A stretch of DNA of 64,000 nucleotides from a virus (IMGVR_UViG_3300025875_000010:1-64000); one strand, 5' to 3'; shown: positions 28,085 through 38,148, counted from the first letter of the stretch. Notes: generated from the letters alone by a model not told the origin. Program-made: numbers and translations.

Positions 28085-31000
28085 TAAATTTTCCTCTTCC
28101 TTCCCTTGCGATTCTCAATATTATCAAGTGCCCTTTCAACGCCAGCCTGGAAATCAATATCGTCCTTAATGACTGCGCCCCTTAGATCAACTGTTACATC
28201 ATAGCGCGTTTCTCCACCATTTGCAACATTGTCAACTACACGTACCGGAGTTGGCATTCCATTTGAAGGAACATCGAAGGTTGGATTGATATTAGCTTTC
28301 AAGATATCCCACTGAGGGCCAGTGAATACCGGCTCTGGACGGCGGGTTCCATTAGATACAACCTGATTTACGCCTGGCTGTAGGTATCCGCCATCGTCAT
28401 ACCAACCATTACGCTCCCAGAATACCCTAGCCTGGGCTGGGCTACCATAACGACCACCGAAATAGTTCATACCGGCCCAAGCCTGCTCATTAACCGGAGC
28501 AAGACGCATCTTAGGTGCTGCTACTCCGGGGCGCTTGTAAGCGTTCCAAGTTTTATCGATGTGCTGGAATAGACCAGAAGCTGTAGATACCGGATTCTGA
28601 GCCTCTGGCCTCCAACCAGATTCCTTGTTAATAACCCAATCAATTGCAGCCCAGTTTGCTCCAGTTCCCCATCCTTTTGCATTAGCGGCAGCCAACACCT
28701 GATCACGAACTGATCCTCCACCACTAACAGGCCCAACCGCTCCCGAAGCAATCTTTCTACCGGCAGCAGCAATTGCCTCAGGTGTCATAGCCCAGTGAAC
28801 GTGATTACGGTGAGAAGCTTGAATTGCAGCAGAATATGGCAAATTCTGACCATGCTTTAGGTTAGATCGATCGTCACCCAAACCGTTATAAATAAGTTCA
28901 GTAGAACCACGGAAGTTATCATAAATCCAGCGATTCATATCAGCCATGTAAGAATTACCGGCCCCACCAGGAGTTCCTGCCAAACCAATGTCGATAGCCA
29001 TTCCCTTACCATGGTAATCATTGGCTCCCGGACGAGTTGAGTCATTCAACCCAGCCTTAGGGAAAGCAGACTTAATGGTGTTCCATAGTCTCTGCCATGG
29101 TGCATTTCCACCGGCGATTGTGCCTGTGCTTCCACCGGCTGCTCCTGCCGATGCTGCCGCTAGCTGAGCCTCGTATGCTGCCTTACCATCTGCAACCTTC
29201 TTGGTAGCTGCAATCTGCATAACCTTAGCAGCAGAAACCATCTGCAATGCAGCAAGTCCAGCAGTAAACTCCATGAATCCACCGAGCGGACCACCAATGT
29301 CATTAGGATTTCCACCACTATTAATGGTTTCTAGAAGTGGCTTATTCTTCATCGCATCCTTTTTGTTAACCATGAACTCGCCTCTCTTGGCAAGAACTAG
29401 CTGCTCAGAAGGATATGGTGAAGCCCCACGAGGTACACCCGTTCTGTCTCTTGCACTACCTGCTGGGCCTCCGATTTCACCACCAATGTGCTTAGTTACA
29501 TATGGAATTCCAGCCCTGTGCTCTGCCGCATTGGCAGAACCGACAAATGGCCTTGGTGCATATGGTGTAGTTGTTGCTGGGTCTCCCGCTGGGAATACAC
29601 CAGTGCGCAAGAAGTCCTTAACCTGCTGCATGGTCATGCCCATACCGGCACCAATATCAGCAGCGATCTTCTCTGCAATCTGTACCCAGTTAATATCATT
29701 CTGTAGGGCCGCTGCGGCTGCATCTACGTTTGTCTTTAGTGCAGCACCGACGAATGAACCCCACTTGTTACCCTCATCGCGTAGGTCTAGACCATAGCCT
29801 TGATAAACCTTTTCTACTTCTGCGGTGTGGGCAATAAGCTCTGCCTCGTTCTGTGGAACAAATTCCTGCAAGGCACGAAGGCGCTCTGCCAACCCGCGCT
29901 TGTCTGCATCCATCTGCACCTGAACTGACTTTAGAGTTGACTCAGTGTCCTTTCGGTCGGCCTCCATGCGCGCCTCTGCTCCCGCTCTTGCAGCATCCCT
30001 TTCACTCTGCAACCTCTGATCAGCAATTGCCTTCTGGAAATTAAGGTTAGCCTGAGCGGTCTCCCTATCATTTCGCAATGCCTCCTGACGAGCTTCCTTG
30101 ACAGTCCTCATCTCTTCTAGACGAGCTTCCTTGACCGTTTTGATTTCTTCTAGGCGAGCTTCCTTTAGAGTCTGTAGCTGGTCAAGCTCCTCTTGCAGCT
30201 TAGCAACTTTAGCCTCAGATGCATCCTGAGAAATTCTATTCTGATCTTCTAGGGTCCAACTGTCCTGCTGTGCAACTGCATCATTAGCGACCCTAGCGGC
30301 CTCATCAAGATCGCCAGAGTTAAGGGCAACATTGAAGTCAATATTAGAGCTAAGTCTAGATGCCATTCTATCAATACGACGCTGCTCAGCTTCAAAAATT
30401 TCTTGACGCTTCTTTTCAGCTTCTTCTTCTGCCTCAATGGAAGCTTCAATTCCTTCAATGCGAGAATCCCAATAGTTTTCTTCCGCCTCAATGCGGTCTT
30501 CCCACTCGTCTTCGAAAGCCTTCTCCTTTGACTTCCATTCATTCTCAAATCCCTTTTCACGTGTATCCCATTCTTGATCAAAAGCATTCTCTCTGGTTGC
30601 CCAGTACCATTCAGCCTCACCCTGACGACGCTCAAAATCAGCATCAACGCGATCTGCGTCTGCCTTCATTGCTTCCTGACGTGCGTCACCCGCCTCGTTA
30701 ATTGACTCTAGATTACGAGACTGCATTTCTTGGAACTGACGATCTGCCTCAGAGAAGATATCGTTCATTGTGCCGCCCATTGCAGCCTTCTGAGAATTAA
30801 TAAGCTGATCTACATTATCTGCATTGAAGTTCATCATACCGGACGCCAAGTTGTTTAATTTTTCAACTTCGGCCGTCGCTCCACCAACATAATTACCAAA
30901 CTTCTTAGCTGCATTGCTGCCTTCGTCTAGACCGGCTGCTGCCAACCAGTAAACACGCCTAGCTTCCTTCTGCTCGTCAGTCATTCCACGACCAGCCTTC

Positions 31001-34000
31001 TTTGCCTCATCAACTTCAAGCTTCCAATTCTGGAAAGCCTTAGCCTCACTGATGATTCCAGTTGCAGGAACGTCATATACTTTTCGTAGATCCAAAATGC
31101 TAGCAAGCTGCTTCTTCATCAAATTACCCTCATCGGCGGTAATTTGCTTCGTCTTAACCATACCGTCTATGAAGTTATCCCAATACTGATCGGCAGTCTG
31201 CATAAGCTGCTCCATATCACCATTGTCTTCATACTCTTCCCAGAGTGTCTTTTCTGAGCTTGTTAAAGCCTTTCCATCCTTCATCTTCTGATCAATAGTG
31301 TTAATTGCTGAAACGAACGAATCTGCACCCTTAATTCCTAGCCGTGAGAATGCGGCAGAAACTTCATCATCACCCTTAATTCCGTTCTTAACCTTGCTGA
31401 ACATATCACTGAACATCTGATCATACTGCGCAGATGCAGCGTTAAGAGCATCGGCTTGAAGGAACTTATTTTCACCGGCTACACCAAAGGCTGTACCGAA
31501 CCTTGTACCAAGAATGGTAGCTGCGGCTTCCGCCTCGGCAGTAAGGTCACGACCCAAGTCTTCCATGAAGTCGCCACCACGGGCCTTAAACCATCCACCA
31601 ATTCCACCACCGGCGTCGTCGGAAGGCGTAAGATTGCCCTCAATCTTAACATCACCTGTGGTGCCATTAATCTGCTCAAGAAGCTGCTCTCTTAAGTTTT
31701 CAGGATTCTCTAGATGCAGTCGATCATACTTAACAGAAAGCTCATCAATTTCTGTTTCCTTGAACCCGGCCATATCAAGAGCGGCCTGGAATTGCTCCCT
31801 AGCCTGCTCAATTGTAGCACCAGCAGTTAGAGACTGCATTGCCATATCCAATGCCATTTCATAACCTGTACCGGCCTGCTTAGCGGCAACCATCGCCTTG
31901 GATAGACCATCTTGGGCCTTACTCATCTTATCAATAAGATCGATACGAGCCTGATGACCCTTTACTTCTTCCGGCTTCATGCCCGGCAACTGACCTGGAT
32001 TATAATCCCAACCCTGGACTTCCGCCCACTTTTCGGAAGCGCCACCAATTGCGATGGCGTTATCCTTGACCTCCATGATATTGTCATTCATGTTCTTGAA
32101 GTATATAGCCGCACCGGCAATAAGTCCTAACGGACCAAAGACCCTCAAAGCAACCGGCAGCATTGACTTGAATGCATTTGCACCAGCAGAAATGCCCTTC
32201 AATCCACCGCCTGCGGCAATAGAGGCACTAGAAATCATTCGGGCCTTGTCCGCAATGCCGGTGAATCCAGCCTTTATCTTGCCCATAATTCCTGGGCCAC
32301 CGGTAGTCTTTAGATTACCGGTCATCTTCCTGACGCTATCTGCCATTCCAGTGAATACACTAGTTGGTAGCACAGTGGCAACCATTGCCGCCATCATTGC
32401 AATATTAATCCATGCTTCGTTTACAGATTCAGAACCTTCATTCATTGCACCAATAGCCAGACCACCTACAGCCAAAGCTCCCACTATGGCACCGGTCTTG
32501 CTCATTGAGCGACGAGTATCCTCAGCGTGACCGGCGGTCTTCTTGCTGCTATCCTCTACTGCCTTAAATGCTGCTACGTCGGATGGATTCATCCTTGACC
32601 CAGAATGACCCGCGATCGGCTTTCCATTATCGTCTCTAGAACCTGCTGCATATGCAAAGCTATCTGCCGTTCCTGGAACACGCCGAACTGTCCTAGTGAA
32701 GCCATTAACTGTCTTTTGACCGGCCGAGGTCATCATACCATTAGCGATAGCATTCTTTTCCATGGCGGCAGTTAAAATATTAATCTGAGCAGCAAGGTTT
32801 GCTGCTGCTCCCGCCTCAGTGCTAAACGCAGAAGAAGCGGTACGCGCATTGATCATTGCTGCGGCTTCTTCTGCGCTCATTGCCTTAAACTTCCAGCGAA
32901 GATTACCAATCTGTAGACCAAGCTTCATTACGTTACCAAATAGGTTCGCAAAGATACCAGTAATCATCAATAGGGGACCGGCAATTGCAACAAGTCCTAG
33001 AATAGCTAGAGTTGCACCCTTACCAAAACTACCCATTTCTTGGAATCCGCTGATCAATGGCTTAATCATCTTCTCAAGTATAAATGTACCAATTTCAAGC
33101 GCCATCATTCCTAGAGGGATAAGCTCAGCCTTTACAGACTCAACTGCCGCCTTGAATCGGAATGATACAGATTCTTGTAGCTTTTCTAGCTCTCGGGCCG
33201 CACCCGTGGCGTGAGTCTCAGCACTCTGACCTAGAAGTTCAAATGCCTTAGCTGTCTGGTTAGACGTTCCGGTCATAGCGTCACCAACGTTACCTACAAG
33301 AGCAGTAATACGGTTGAACTGATAAGTACCAAAAGTCTTAGCGATTGCAGTTTGTACAGTTTGTGGGTCTAGTCCATTAAGGGCAACAGAGATTTCCTTA
33401 ATGAAATCGAACATATTTCCACCGGCCTTCTTTACGATGGCTGGCAAATCCTTATCTAGAACTTGATCCCAGTATTGCACAGCTTCCTTGGTTGGGTCAA
33501 GAATTCTGGTGGCACCGGACTTTAGAGCGTTGGCAGCCTCTGCCGCATCAACACCCGATTCCTTCATGGCTACAAGCATGACGGTCATTTCCTTGGCGTC
33601 TACACCAAGAGCTGCCATTGCGCTTGCGGCGCGCGGAGTAGCCTCTGCAATGTCCTGAATTGCAAGGCTAGTTGCGTTCTCAACGCTGTTGAAGAAATCA
33701 AAAGTTTGAGTCAGGTCTTCGGCCGTCTTAATGGTATCACGGAATGCGGTCTGTAGAGAAACCGTCATATCAATAGACTCTTGAACATCCATTTCACCAA
33801 GAGTAGCAATACGTGCCGCTTCGTCAGTTGAACTGAATAGCTTATTTCCGCTCAATCCAGTTGCAGCAAGCTGGGCCTGAATATTAATTACATCTTCCAT
33901 AGAAGAGCCATACTCCTGAGCCAAACGCTTAGCCTGATTAAGTCCTACTTCACGAACTCTAGATAGTTCTTTTTCTCTACCTTCTGCTGTGTCTGCTGTA

Positions 34001-34701
34001 GTGTCATAAACCTTAGCTACTCTGGTAAGCTCTTGGTCAATCTTTAGGGCCAAAGCACCGGCTCCTACTGCTGCCATTCCCAGAGGAAGTGTAAGACCAA
34101 CCATAATCTGACGACCGGCCCACTGTGTATTCTTACCCCAATTAACAGTATTTTGAGCGGCAGAGTAAAGCAACCTATTAATCATACCATAGCGAGTAAT
34201 GGAATCATTTAGGTTTGAATTAAGATTCTTTGGAATGAACATATCACTACTGTTCTTGCCAAAAGGCTTACTTGACCACTGAGTGGACATAGAGTTTCGG
34301 AGGGCCTCCTGGCCGCGAATTGCTTCACCAAGATTAGAAGTAACCCCAGTCCTTAATTCCTTCTTATAAGCGCGGAATTCGGCGCTGGCTTGACCCCAAC
34401 CAATCTTTTGGTTTTTGATTGCATTAGTTAGTCTTTCGGAGTCAGAAATTGTTCGTACGGTCTGCGTGTGGAATTGACCAGAAGAAGCAGCGGTCTCATT
34501 AAATGCTGCCCTTAACTCATTAAGAGCCTTTAGCTGTTCATTATAAATTTTACCACGATTCTGCTGCGGGGCTCCTGAACGTATAGCGTTCATGGACGTG
34601 TTCAGTCTAGTGAACTGCCCCTGTAGCTGCTGAATTTCGCGCTTTACCTGATCGAAATTAGCAGAACCATTAAACCGTACTACAATATCCTGAATCTTTA
34701 T
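28084..34701 (-). CDS. Tape measure protein with C-terminal M15-like peptidase and lytic transglycosylase domains; probable non-canonical start (ATA 34701 or ATT 34695)
   Basis: More than 2100 aa, helical, with a TMP core (LATLGEMD...NSVENAT). YHGKGMAID...HRNHVH is M15-like; ESGWRPEAQNPVSTASGLFQ...YFGGRYG is SLT. The frame is open 36 codons upstream of ATG 34593. Confidence 0.93.
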   Translation of the reverse strand: MKIQDIVVRFNGSANFDQVKREIQQLQGQFTRLNTSMNAIRSGAPQQNRGKIYNEQLKALNELRAAFNETAASSGQFHTQTVRTISDSERLTNAIKNQKIGWGQASAEFRAYKKELRTGVTSNLGEAIRGQEALRNSMSTQWSSKPFGKNSSDMFIPKNLNSNLNDSITRYGMINRLLYSAAQNTVNWGKNTQWAGRQIMVGLTLPLGMAAVGAGALALKIDQELTRVAKVYDTTADTAEGREKELSRVREVGLNQAKRLAQEYGSSMEDVINIQAQLAATGLSGNKLFSSTDEAARIATLGEMDVQESIDMTVSLQTAFRDTIKTAEDLTQTFDFFNSVENATSLAIQDIAEATPRAASAMAALGVDAKEMTVMLVAMKESGVDAAEAANALKSGATRILDPTKEAVQYWDQVLDKDLPAIVKKAGGNMFDFIKEISVALNGLDPQTVQTAIAKTFGTYQFNRITALVGNVGDAMTGTSNQTAKAFELLGQSAETHATGAARELEKLQESVSFRFKAAVESVKAELIPLGMMALEIGTFILEKMIKPLISGFQEMGSFGKGATLAILGLVAIAGPLLMITGIFANLFGNVMKLGLQIGNLRWKFKAMSAEEAAAMINARTASSAFSTEAGAAANLAAQINILTAAMEKNAIANGMMTSAGQKTVNGFTRTVRRVPGTADSFAYAAGSRDDNGKPIAGHSGSRMNPSDVAAFKAVEDSSKKTAGHAEDTRRSMSKTGAIVGALAVGGLAIGAMNEGSESVNEAWINIAMMAAMVATVLPTSVFTGMADSVRKMTGNLKTTGGPGIMGKIKAGFTGIADKARMISSASIAAGGGLKGISAGANAFKSMLPVALRVFGPLGLIAGAAIYFKNMNDNIMEVKDNAIAIGGASEKWAEVQGWDYNPGQLPGMKPEEVKGHQARIDLIDKMSKAQDGLSKAMVAAKQAGTGYEMALDMAMQSLTAGATIEQAREQFQAALDMAGFKETEIDELSVKYDRLHLENPENLREQLLEQINGTTGDVKIEGNLTPSDDAGGGIGGWFKARGGDFMEDLGRDLTAEAEAAATILGTRFGTAFGVAGENKFLQADALNAASAQYDQMFSDMFSKVKNGIKGDDEVSAAFSRLGIKGADSFVSAINTIDQKMKDGKALTSSEKTLWEEYEDNGDMEQLMQTADQYWDNFIDGMVKTKQITADEGNLMKKQLASILDLRKVYDVPATGIISEAKAFQNWKLEVDEAKKAGRGMTDEQKEARRVYWLAAAGLDEGSNAAKKFGNYVGGATAEVEKLNNLASGMMNFNADNVDQLINSQKAAMGGTMNDIFSEADRQFQEMQSRNLESINEAGDARQEAMKADADRVDADFERRQGEAEWYWATRENAFDQEWDTREKGFENEWKSKEKAFEDEWEDRIEAEENYWDSRIEGIEASIEAEEEAEKKRQEIFEAEQRRIDRMASRLSSNIDFNVALNSGDLDEAARVANDAVAQQDSWTLEDQNRISQDASEAKVAKLQEELDQLQTLKEARLEEIKTVKEARLEEMRTVKEARQEALRNDRETAQANLNFQKAIADQRLQSERDAARAGAEARMEADRKDTESTLKSVQVQMDADKRGLAERLRALQEFVPQNEAELIAHTAEVEKVYQGYGLDLRDEGNKWGSFVGAALKTNVDAAAAALQNDINWVQIAEKIAADIGAGMGMTMQQVKDFLRTGVFPAGDPATTTPYAPRPFVGSANAAEHRAGIPYVTKHIGGEIGGPAGSARDRTGVPRGASPYPSEQLVLAKRGEFMVNKKDAMKNKPLLETINSGGNPNDIGGPLGGFMEFTAGLAALQMVSAAKVMQIAATKKVADGKAAYEAQLAAASAGAAGGSTGTIAGGNAPWQRLWNTIKSAFPKAGLNDSTRPGANDYHGKGMAIDIGLAGTPGGAGNSYMADMNRWIYDNFRGSTELIYNGLGDDRSNLKHGQNLPYSAAIQASHRNHVHWAMTPEAIAAAGRKIASGAVGPVSGGGSVRDQVLAAANAKGWGTGANWAAIDWVINKESGWRPEAQNPVSTASGLFQHIDKTWNAYKRPGVAAPKMRLAPVNEQAWAGMNYFGGRYGSPAQARVFWERNGWYDDGGYLQPGVNQVVSNGTRRPEPVFTGPQWDILKANINPTFDVPSNGMPTPVRVVDNVANGGETRYDVTVDLRGAVIKDDIDFQAGVERALDNIENRKGRKRKI
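30088..30167 (-). repeat. 33-bp (11-aa) tandem repeat within the tape measure
   Basis: cgagcttcctt recurs at 33-bp spacing (KEARLEEIKTV KEARLEEMRTV KEAR). Confidence 0.7.
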
Positions 34702-34709
34702 TCAGCTCC

Positions 34710-35422
34710 TTATTCCGACTCAAATCCAAATCCGAGTTCGGCGTATTCCTGTCTCTGCACTTCATTTTCACCAAGCATCTTAACTGAAGCTCGACGCCTT
34801 ACCTCATCTAGTCTTTCCTGAACAGGATTGCTTTCATTCTTGTCCAAATCTATTCCCTGAATTGCTGCTTGAAAATGTCTTTGTGTTCTTTCTGCCTTTC
34901 GCTTATGCTCAAGAATAAGCATCAATTCCGGCATACTTAGATTCTCTTCTAAGTCATCAAAATTCATCCATCGTCCTAATTGAAAGACTTCTGCCTCTAA
35001 CTCTGCTAGTTCTAGCTCTGACCATCTTGTTCCGCTGCCACCTGCTGGGCCGCCGCTAACTCCATCGCCTGCTCCACTAGTTTTGGGTCGTTAAGCTTCA
35101 CTCCCAAGAAAATTTCAATTACCTTAAACATTGTATCATAATCAAATAGTTCTTCCAGAAGCTCATAATTAGTTACCTTGCGTCCGGTCTTTTCTCCGTC
35201 GTCACCGATCTCGTCAGTTTCAAAATCTTCTCTCTGACGCTTTAAGCAAAGGCATACAATATCTAGAAGTGCATGCACTCCCTCATCATTGTCATCTACT
35301 TCGCCCAGCTTAGCTAGCAACTCATTACCCTTACGAGTTACCTTAATGTTTGCTGGCTTGCAGGTAATTGTTGAATTATCATCTAGAACTAGTTCTTGCA
35401 CTTCATATACTGTGGTTGCCAT
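34710..35422 (-). CDS. Tail assembly chaperone, long -1 frameshift product (237 aa)
   Basis: Slippery C-CCA-AAA at 35087-35081. The -1 frame opens just before it and runs ...RWSELELAELEAEVFQLGRWMNFDDLEENL... to TAA 34710. Confidence 0.85.
35012..35422 (-). CDS. Tail assembly chaperone, short product
   Basis: Lies between major tail and tape measure; ends GVKLNDPKL... Confidence 0.85.
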   Translation of the reverse strand: MATTVYEVQELVLDDNSTITCKPANIKVTRKGNELLAKLGEVDDNDEGVHALLDIVCLCLKRQREDFETDEIGDDGEKTGRKVTNYELLEELFDYDTMFKVIEIFLGVKLNDPKLVEQAMELAAAQQVAAEQDGQS

Positions 35423-35450
35423 TGTTCTCCTTAGGTTATTTAATGATTTT

Positions 35451-35494
35451 AGTATACCGTCTTTTCTTCAAAAAGCAAAATCTTAGACGACTAA
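35451..35494 (-). promoter_or_regulatory. Promoter with upstream 20-bp shared element
   Basis: TTGCTT-N16-TATACT; plus-strand gcaaaatcttagacgactaa at 35475-35494. Confidence 0.7.
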
Positions 35495-35500
35495 GAATTG

Positions 35501-35527
35501 AAAAAACCCCCAGATTTCTCTAGGGGC
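35501..35527 (-). terminator. Rho-independent terminator after the major tail gene
   Basis: CCCCTAGA-GAAA-TCTGGGGG-TTTTTT. Confidence 0.85.
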
Positions 35528-35544
35528 TCCTTCAAAAACTAGGA

Positions 35545-36183
35545 TCACACAACAGTTGTTAGAAGTGGGGATACCGCTCTATCTGTAATGGTTCCGTATG
35601 CTGCTCCACCAGACGCGCTAGCGTTTGGAAGGCAGCGGAAGCTGGCTGGAAGTCCAGTAGCCTCAGCCCTACGTAGCGCAAAGCTTGAGCTTTCGGTCTG
35701 AATTGCACGGTAAATGCGGTAGACTCGCTCCTGTGCTGCATTTGCATCCGTTACCGGACCAGGACCAACGAAGAGCAAAGCGCGCTCCTGTGGAGCGTCA
35801 CCTAGATTACCAGCAGAGATATTGACCGTTCCGCCAACAGGTGCTCCACTCTGACCCCAAACAATTAGAAGGTTCTCTAGAGTTGCCTCGGCCAAAGTAG
35901 TATTAACTGTTACACGCATTCCCTGCTTGAACAATCTTGCGGAGTCAAGCATCTGGTCAACCTCAACCTCACCGTAGTCAGGCTCATAAGATAGCTCAAC
36001 GCCCTCCATGGTGAATCCGACAGGAGCCATTGCTGCTGTTGGAGTGTTTCCAGTTCTTGGAACTGGAATTGCAACATTGTTGCTTGCGGCCAAAGTAGTT
36101 GGAACGTTTCCCTCTGGCATTTCACCAGTTGGACCGACCCAGAAATTAGCTGCACCAACGATGATGTTCTTTGTATTTGCCAT
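35545..36183 (-). CDS. Major tail tube protein
   Basis: NIIVGAA...VGFTMEGVELSYEP...DQ.LD...TLAEATLENL; strong RBS, own promoter and terminator. Confidence 0.88.
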   Translation of the reverse strand: MANTKNIIVGAANFWVGPTGEMPEGNVPTTLAASNNVAIPVPRTGNTPTAAMAPVGFTMEGVELSYEPDYGEVEVDQMLDSARLFKQGMRVTVNTTLAEATLENLLIVWGQSGAPVGGTVNISAGNLGDAPQERALLFVGPGPVTDANAAQERVYRIYRAIQTESSSFALRRAEATGLPASFRCLPNASASGGAAYGTITDRAVSPLLTTVV

Positions 36184-36246
36184 TAGTATTTATTCACCTC
36201 CCAAAAGTGAAAGTATTGCTGGCTAGGCATTTATCTTCTCGTACAT

Positions 36247-36274
36247 ATCATAACGCCTAACCCTTAAAATTCAA
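36247..36274 (-). promoter_or_regulatory. Promoter for the major tail gene
   Basis: TTGAAT-N16-TATGAT. Confidence 0.6.
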
Positions 36275-36276
36275 AA

Positions 36277-36783
36277 TCACTGAGTGTTCTCAACATAACT
36301 GGCTGCTATAGTAACCAAAGCTTCGCTCGATCCTTGTTCTGAACCGGCGGGCATCTGAGCACCTAACACCTGCACATTGATGTGCGTAAAGCGATATCTT
36401 TTCTGTAGCGCCGTACCGTTTGCCACTACAAAGTCATTAACCCTGCGAGCGGCAGCCTCATAATCTTGAAATTCTTTTTCAAACAAATTGATCAACTTAC
36501 CCATTGCCTCGTCATCTGTAGAACGAATAGAATAAGCAATGTTGTGTGTTTTCATCCACCAATTAACTCCATTGTTAATTCTACTCCATGAGTAAACGAG
36601 AAAAGGAAATGAACCAATGCCTGGCTGTGCATCAATAATCTGTAGTAGCTCTGGAATTTCTTCAACCGGTACGATAGGCACCAGACCACTGTAATTAGTC
36701 TCAGTCAAGATGCCTTCTCCTTTAATTCTGCTCCACAAATACTTATTCAAAGCATGAACAGGAAACACTTTATCAATAACCAT
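36277..36783 (-). CDS. Tail terminator-like protein
   Basis: Position before the major tail; FPFLVY.W motif. Confidence 0.65.
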   Translation of the reverse strand: MVIDKVFPVHALNKYLWSRIKGEGILTETNYSGLVPIVPVEEIPELLQIIDAQPGIGSFPFLVYSWSRINNGVNWWMKTHNIAYSIRSTDDEAMGKLINLFEKEFQDYEAAARRVNDFVVANGTALQKRYRFTHINVQVLGAQMPAGSEQGSSEALVTIAASYVENTQ

Positions 36784-37600
36784 ATAGTTTCATCCTCCTT
36801 CTTCTCGCTCGACGTACGTAATCAATTCGATTATCGTCCATGTGCTTCTTAGCTAAACGTTCGCCGGTCTTTTCATCAAGAACGTTAATTCCCAAATCTT
36901 TTCTTCTTCTACGTGTCGCTTGCTTGGCAATCTTTGATAGATCACCGGGCCTAATTACATCTGCCTCTAGCATTGGTTTTACGTTTCTCTCATATTCTCC
37001 CGGCGCAACCTGGCTCCACCATGTAACGAAAAAACTACTAAAAACTCCGGTAGTTGTTTTATATCCCGGTGTTGTGTTGACCTCTCCCTGCCTATAGTAA
37101 ACGACTCCATCTTTCACAAATGACATTCCTTTGACGCCCGGCAGCTTTGGTCGAATGTTGACCGGGATGCCGTACTCCATGACAGGAGCCTTCCATGTAA
37201 AAATGTGAACGCCTGGATTAACTCCAAGCTCTAGCAATTCCGGCTCAATTGGGCTTGGTCTGGTTTCTGGTAGAAAAGTGAACCCAATAGCTCTATTCTT
37301 TCCTTGCCCTACACTGACCAACTTCCATAGTCTATTTGCTGGGCTACCTACCAGACTTCTATCTCCATAAGTGTCTCCCCAATTGTAAACATGGTAAAAA
37401 TGCTCCCTACCCTCGTTACTTGCTGCTGCAATATCAGCTTCTTCTTCAAATTTTCTTGATAGCTGCTGTGTGGCAAATTCAACTGCGCCGTCAACGTACC
37501 GACGTGTGGAAATATTGTCTGCAATTCCCTTAATATATCCATTAACAATTCCCGTCTCACCTTCGTCCATCGAAAAATCAACCCACTTTTTTCCGGCCAT
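36773..37600 (-). CDS. Neck/tail completion protein
   Basis: Position between stopper and terminator; FYHVYNW. Confidence 0.55.
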   Translation of the reverse strand: MAGKKWVDFSMDEGETGIVNGYIKGIADNISTRRYVDGAVEFATQQLSRKFEEEADIAAASNEGREHFYHVYNWGDTYGDRSLVGSPANRLWKLVSVGQGKNRAIGFTFLPETRPSPIEPELLELGVNPGVHIFTWKAPVMEYGIPVNIRPKLPGVKGMSFVKDGVVYYRQGEVNTTPGYKTTTGVFSSFFVTWWSQVAPGEYERNVKPMLEADVIRPGDLSKIAKQATRRRRKDLGINVLDEKTGERLAKKHMDDNRIDYVRRARRRRMKLYGY

Positions 37601-38148
37601 TACTGTTCCTCTGACCTTTTCAAGACAGTCAAGTTGTCAATATGCTTTCCGAATGGATCAAATGTTGGTGTGACTCCTTGAACTTCAAATACCGTTGGCA
37701 ATCCGGTCTCTTCCTCTTGCCACAAGATTGCATCATTACTACCTCTAATGTTTGTAACAAGCTGTCTGCGGTTTAACACATATTTAGCAGGAAATACCAT
37801 CTGAATTGCTTCAAATGGCATATACTTTCCATCTAGAAAGTTTTCATTGTTTGCTGATGAGCGAAAACCTACTTCTGGGAACCCACGCACGTAACATTCA
37901 ATATCGAATCTATTAGTAGTTGGCTTCCATGTGGTCCCTCTATCTCTTTTGATAGGTGTCGCCACGGCAGCATCTTCTCGCCACTCCTTTTTAATGCCTC
38001 CGGTCTCGGGGTCCTGCACAACTTCCCAGTGTCCACTCTTAATTAAATCCTCAGCACTAGGAGTTTCTTCCGCAGCATTAACTGAGGCATACTCATTAAG
38101 AACAGTTGCCTTCATATTAAATCGAACACCTAAAAGAGTATGAATCAT
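37600..38148 (-). CDS. Head-to-tail stopper (head closure)-like protein
   Basis: Position; VFEVQGVTPTFDPFG. Confidence 0.6.
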   Translation of the reverse strand: MIHTLLGVRFNMKATVLNEYASVNAAEETPSAEDLIKSGHWEVVQDPETGGIKKEWREDAAVATPIKRDRGTTWKPTTNRFDIECYVRGFPEVGFRSSANNENFLDGKYMPFEAIQMVFPAKYVLNRRQLVTNIRGSNDAILWQEEETGLPTVFEVQGVTPTFDPFGKHIDNLTVLKRSEEQ

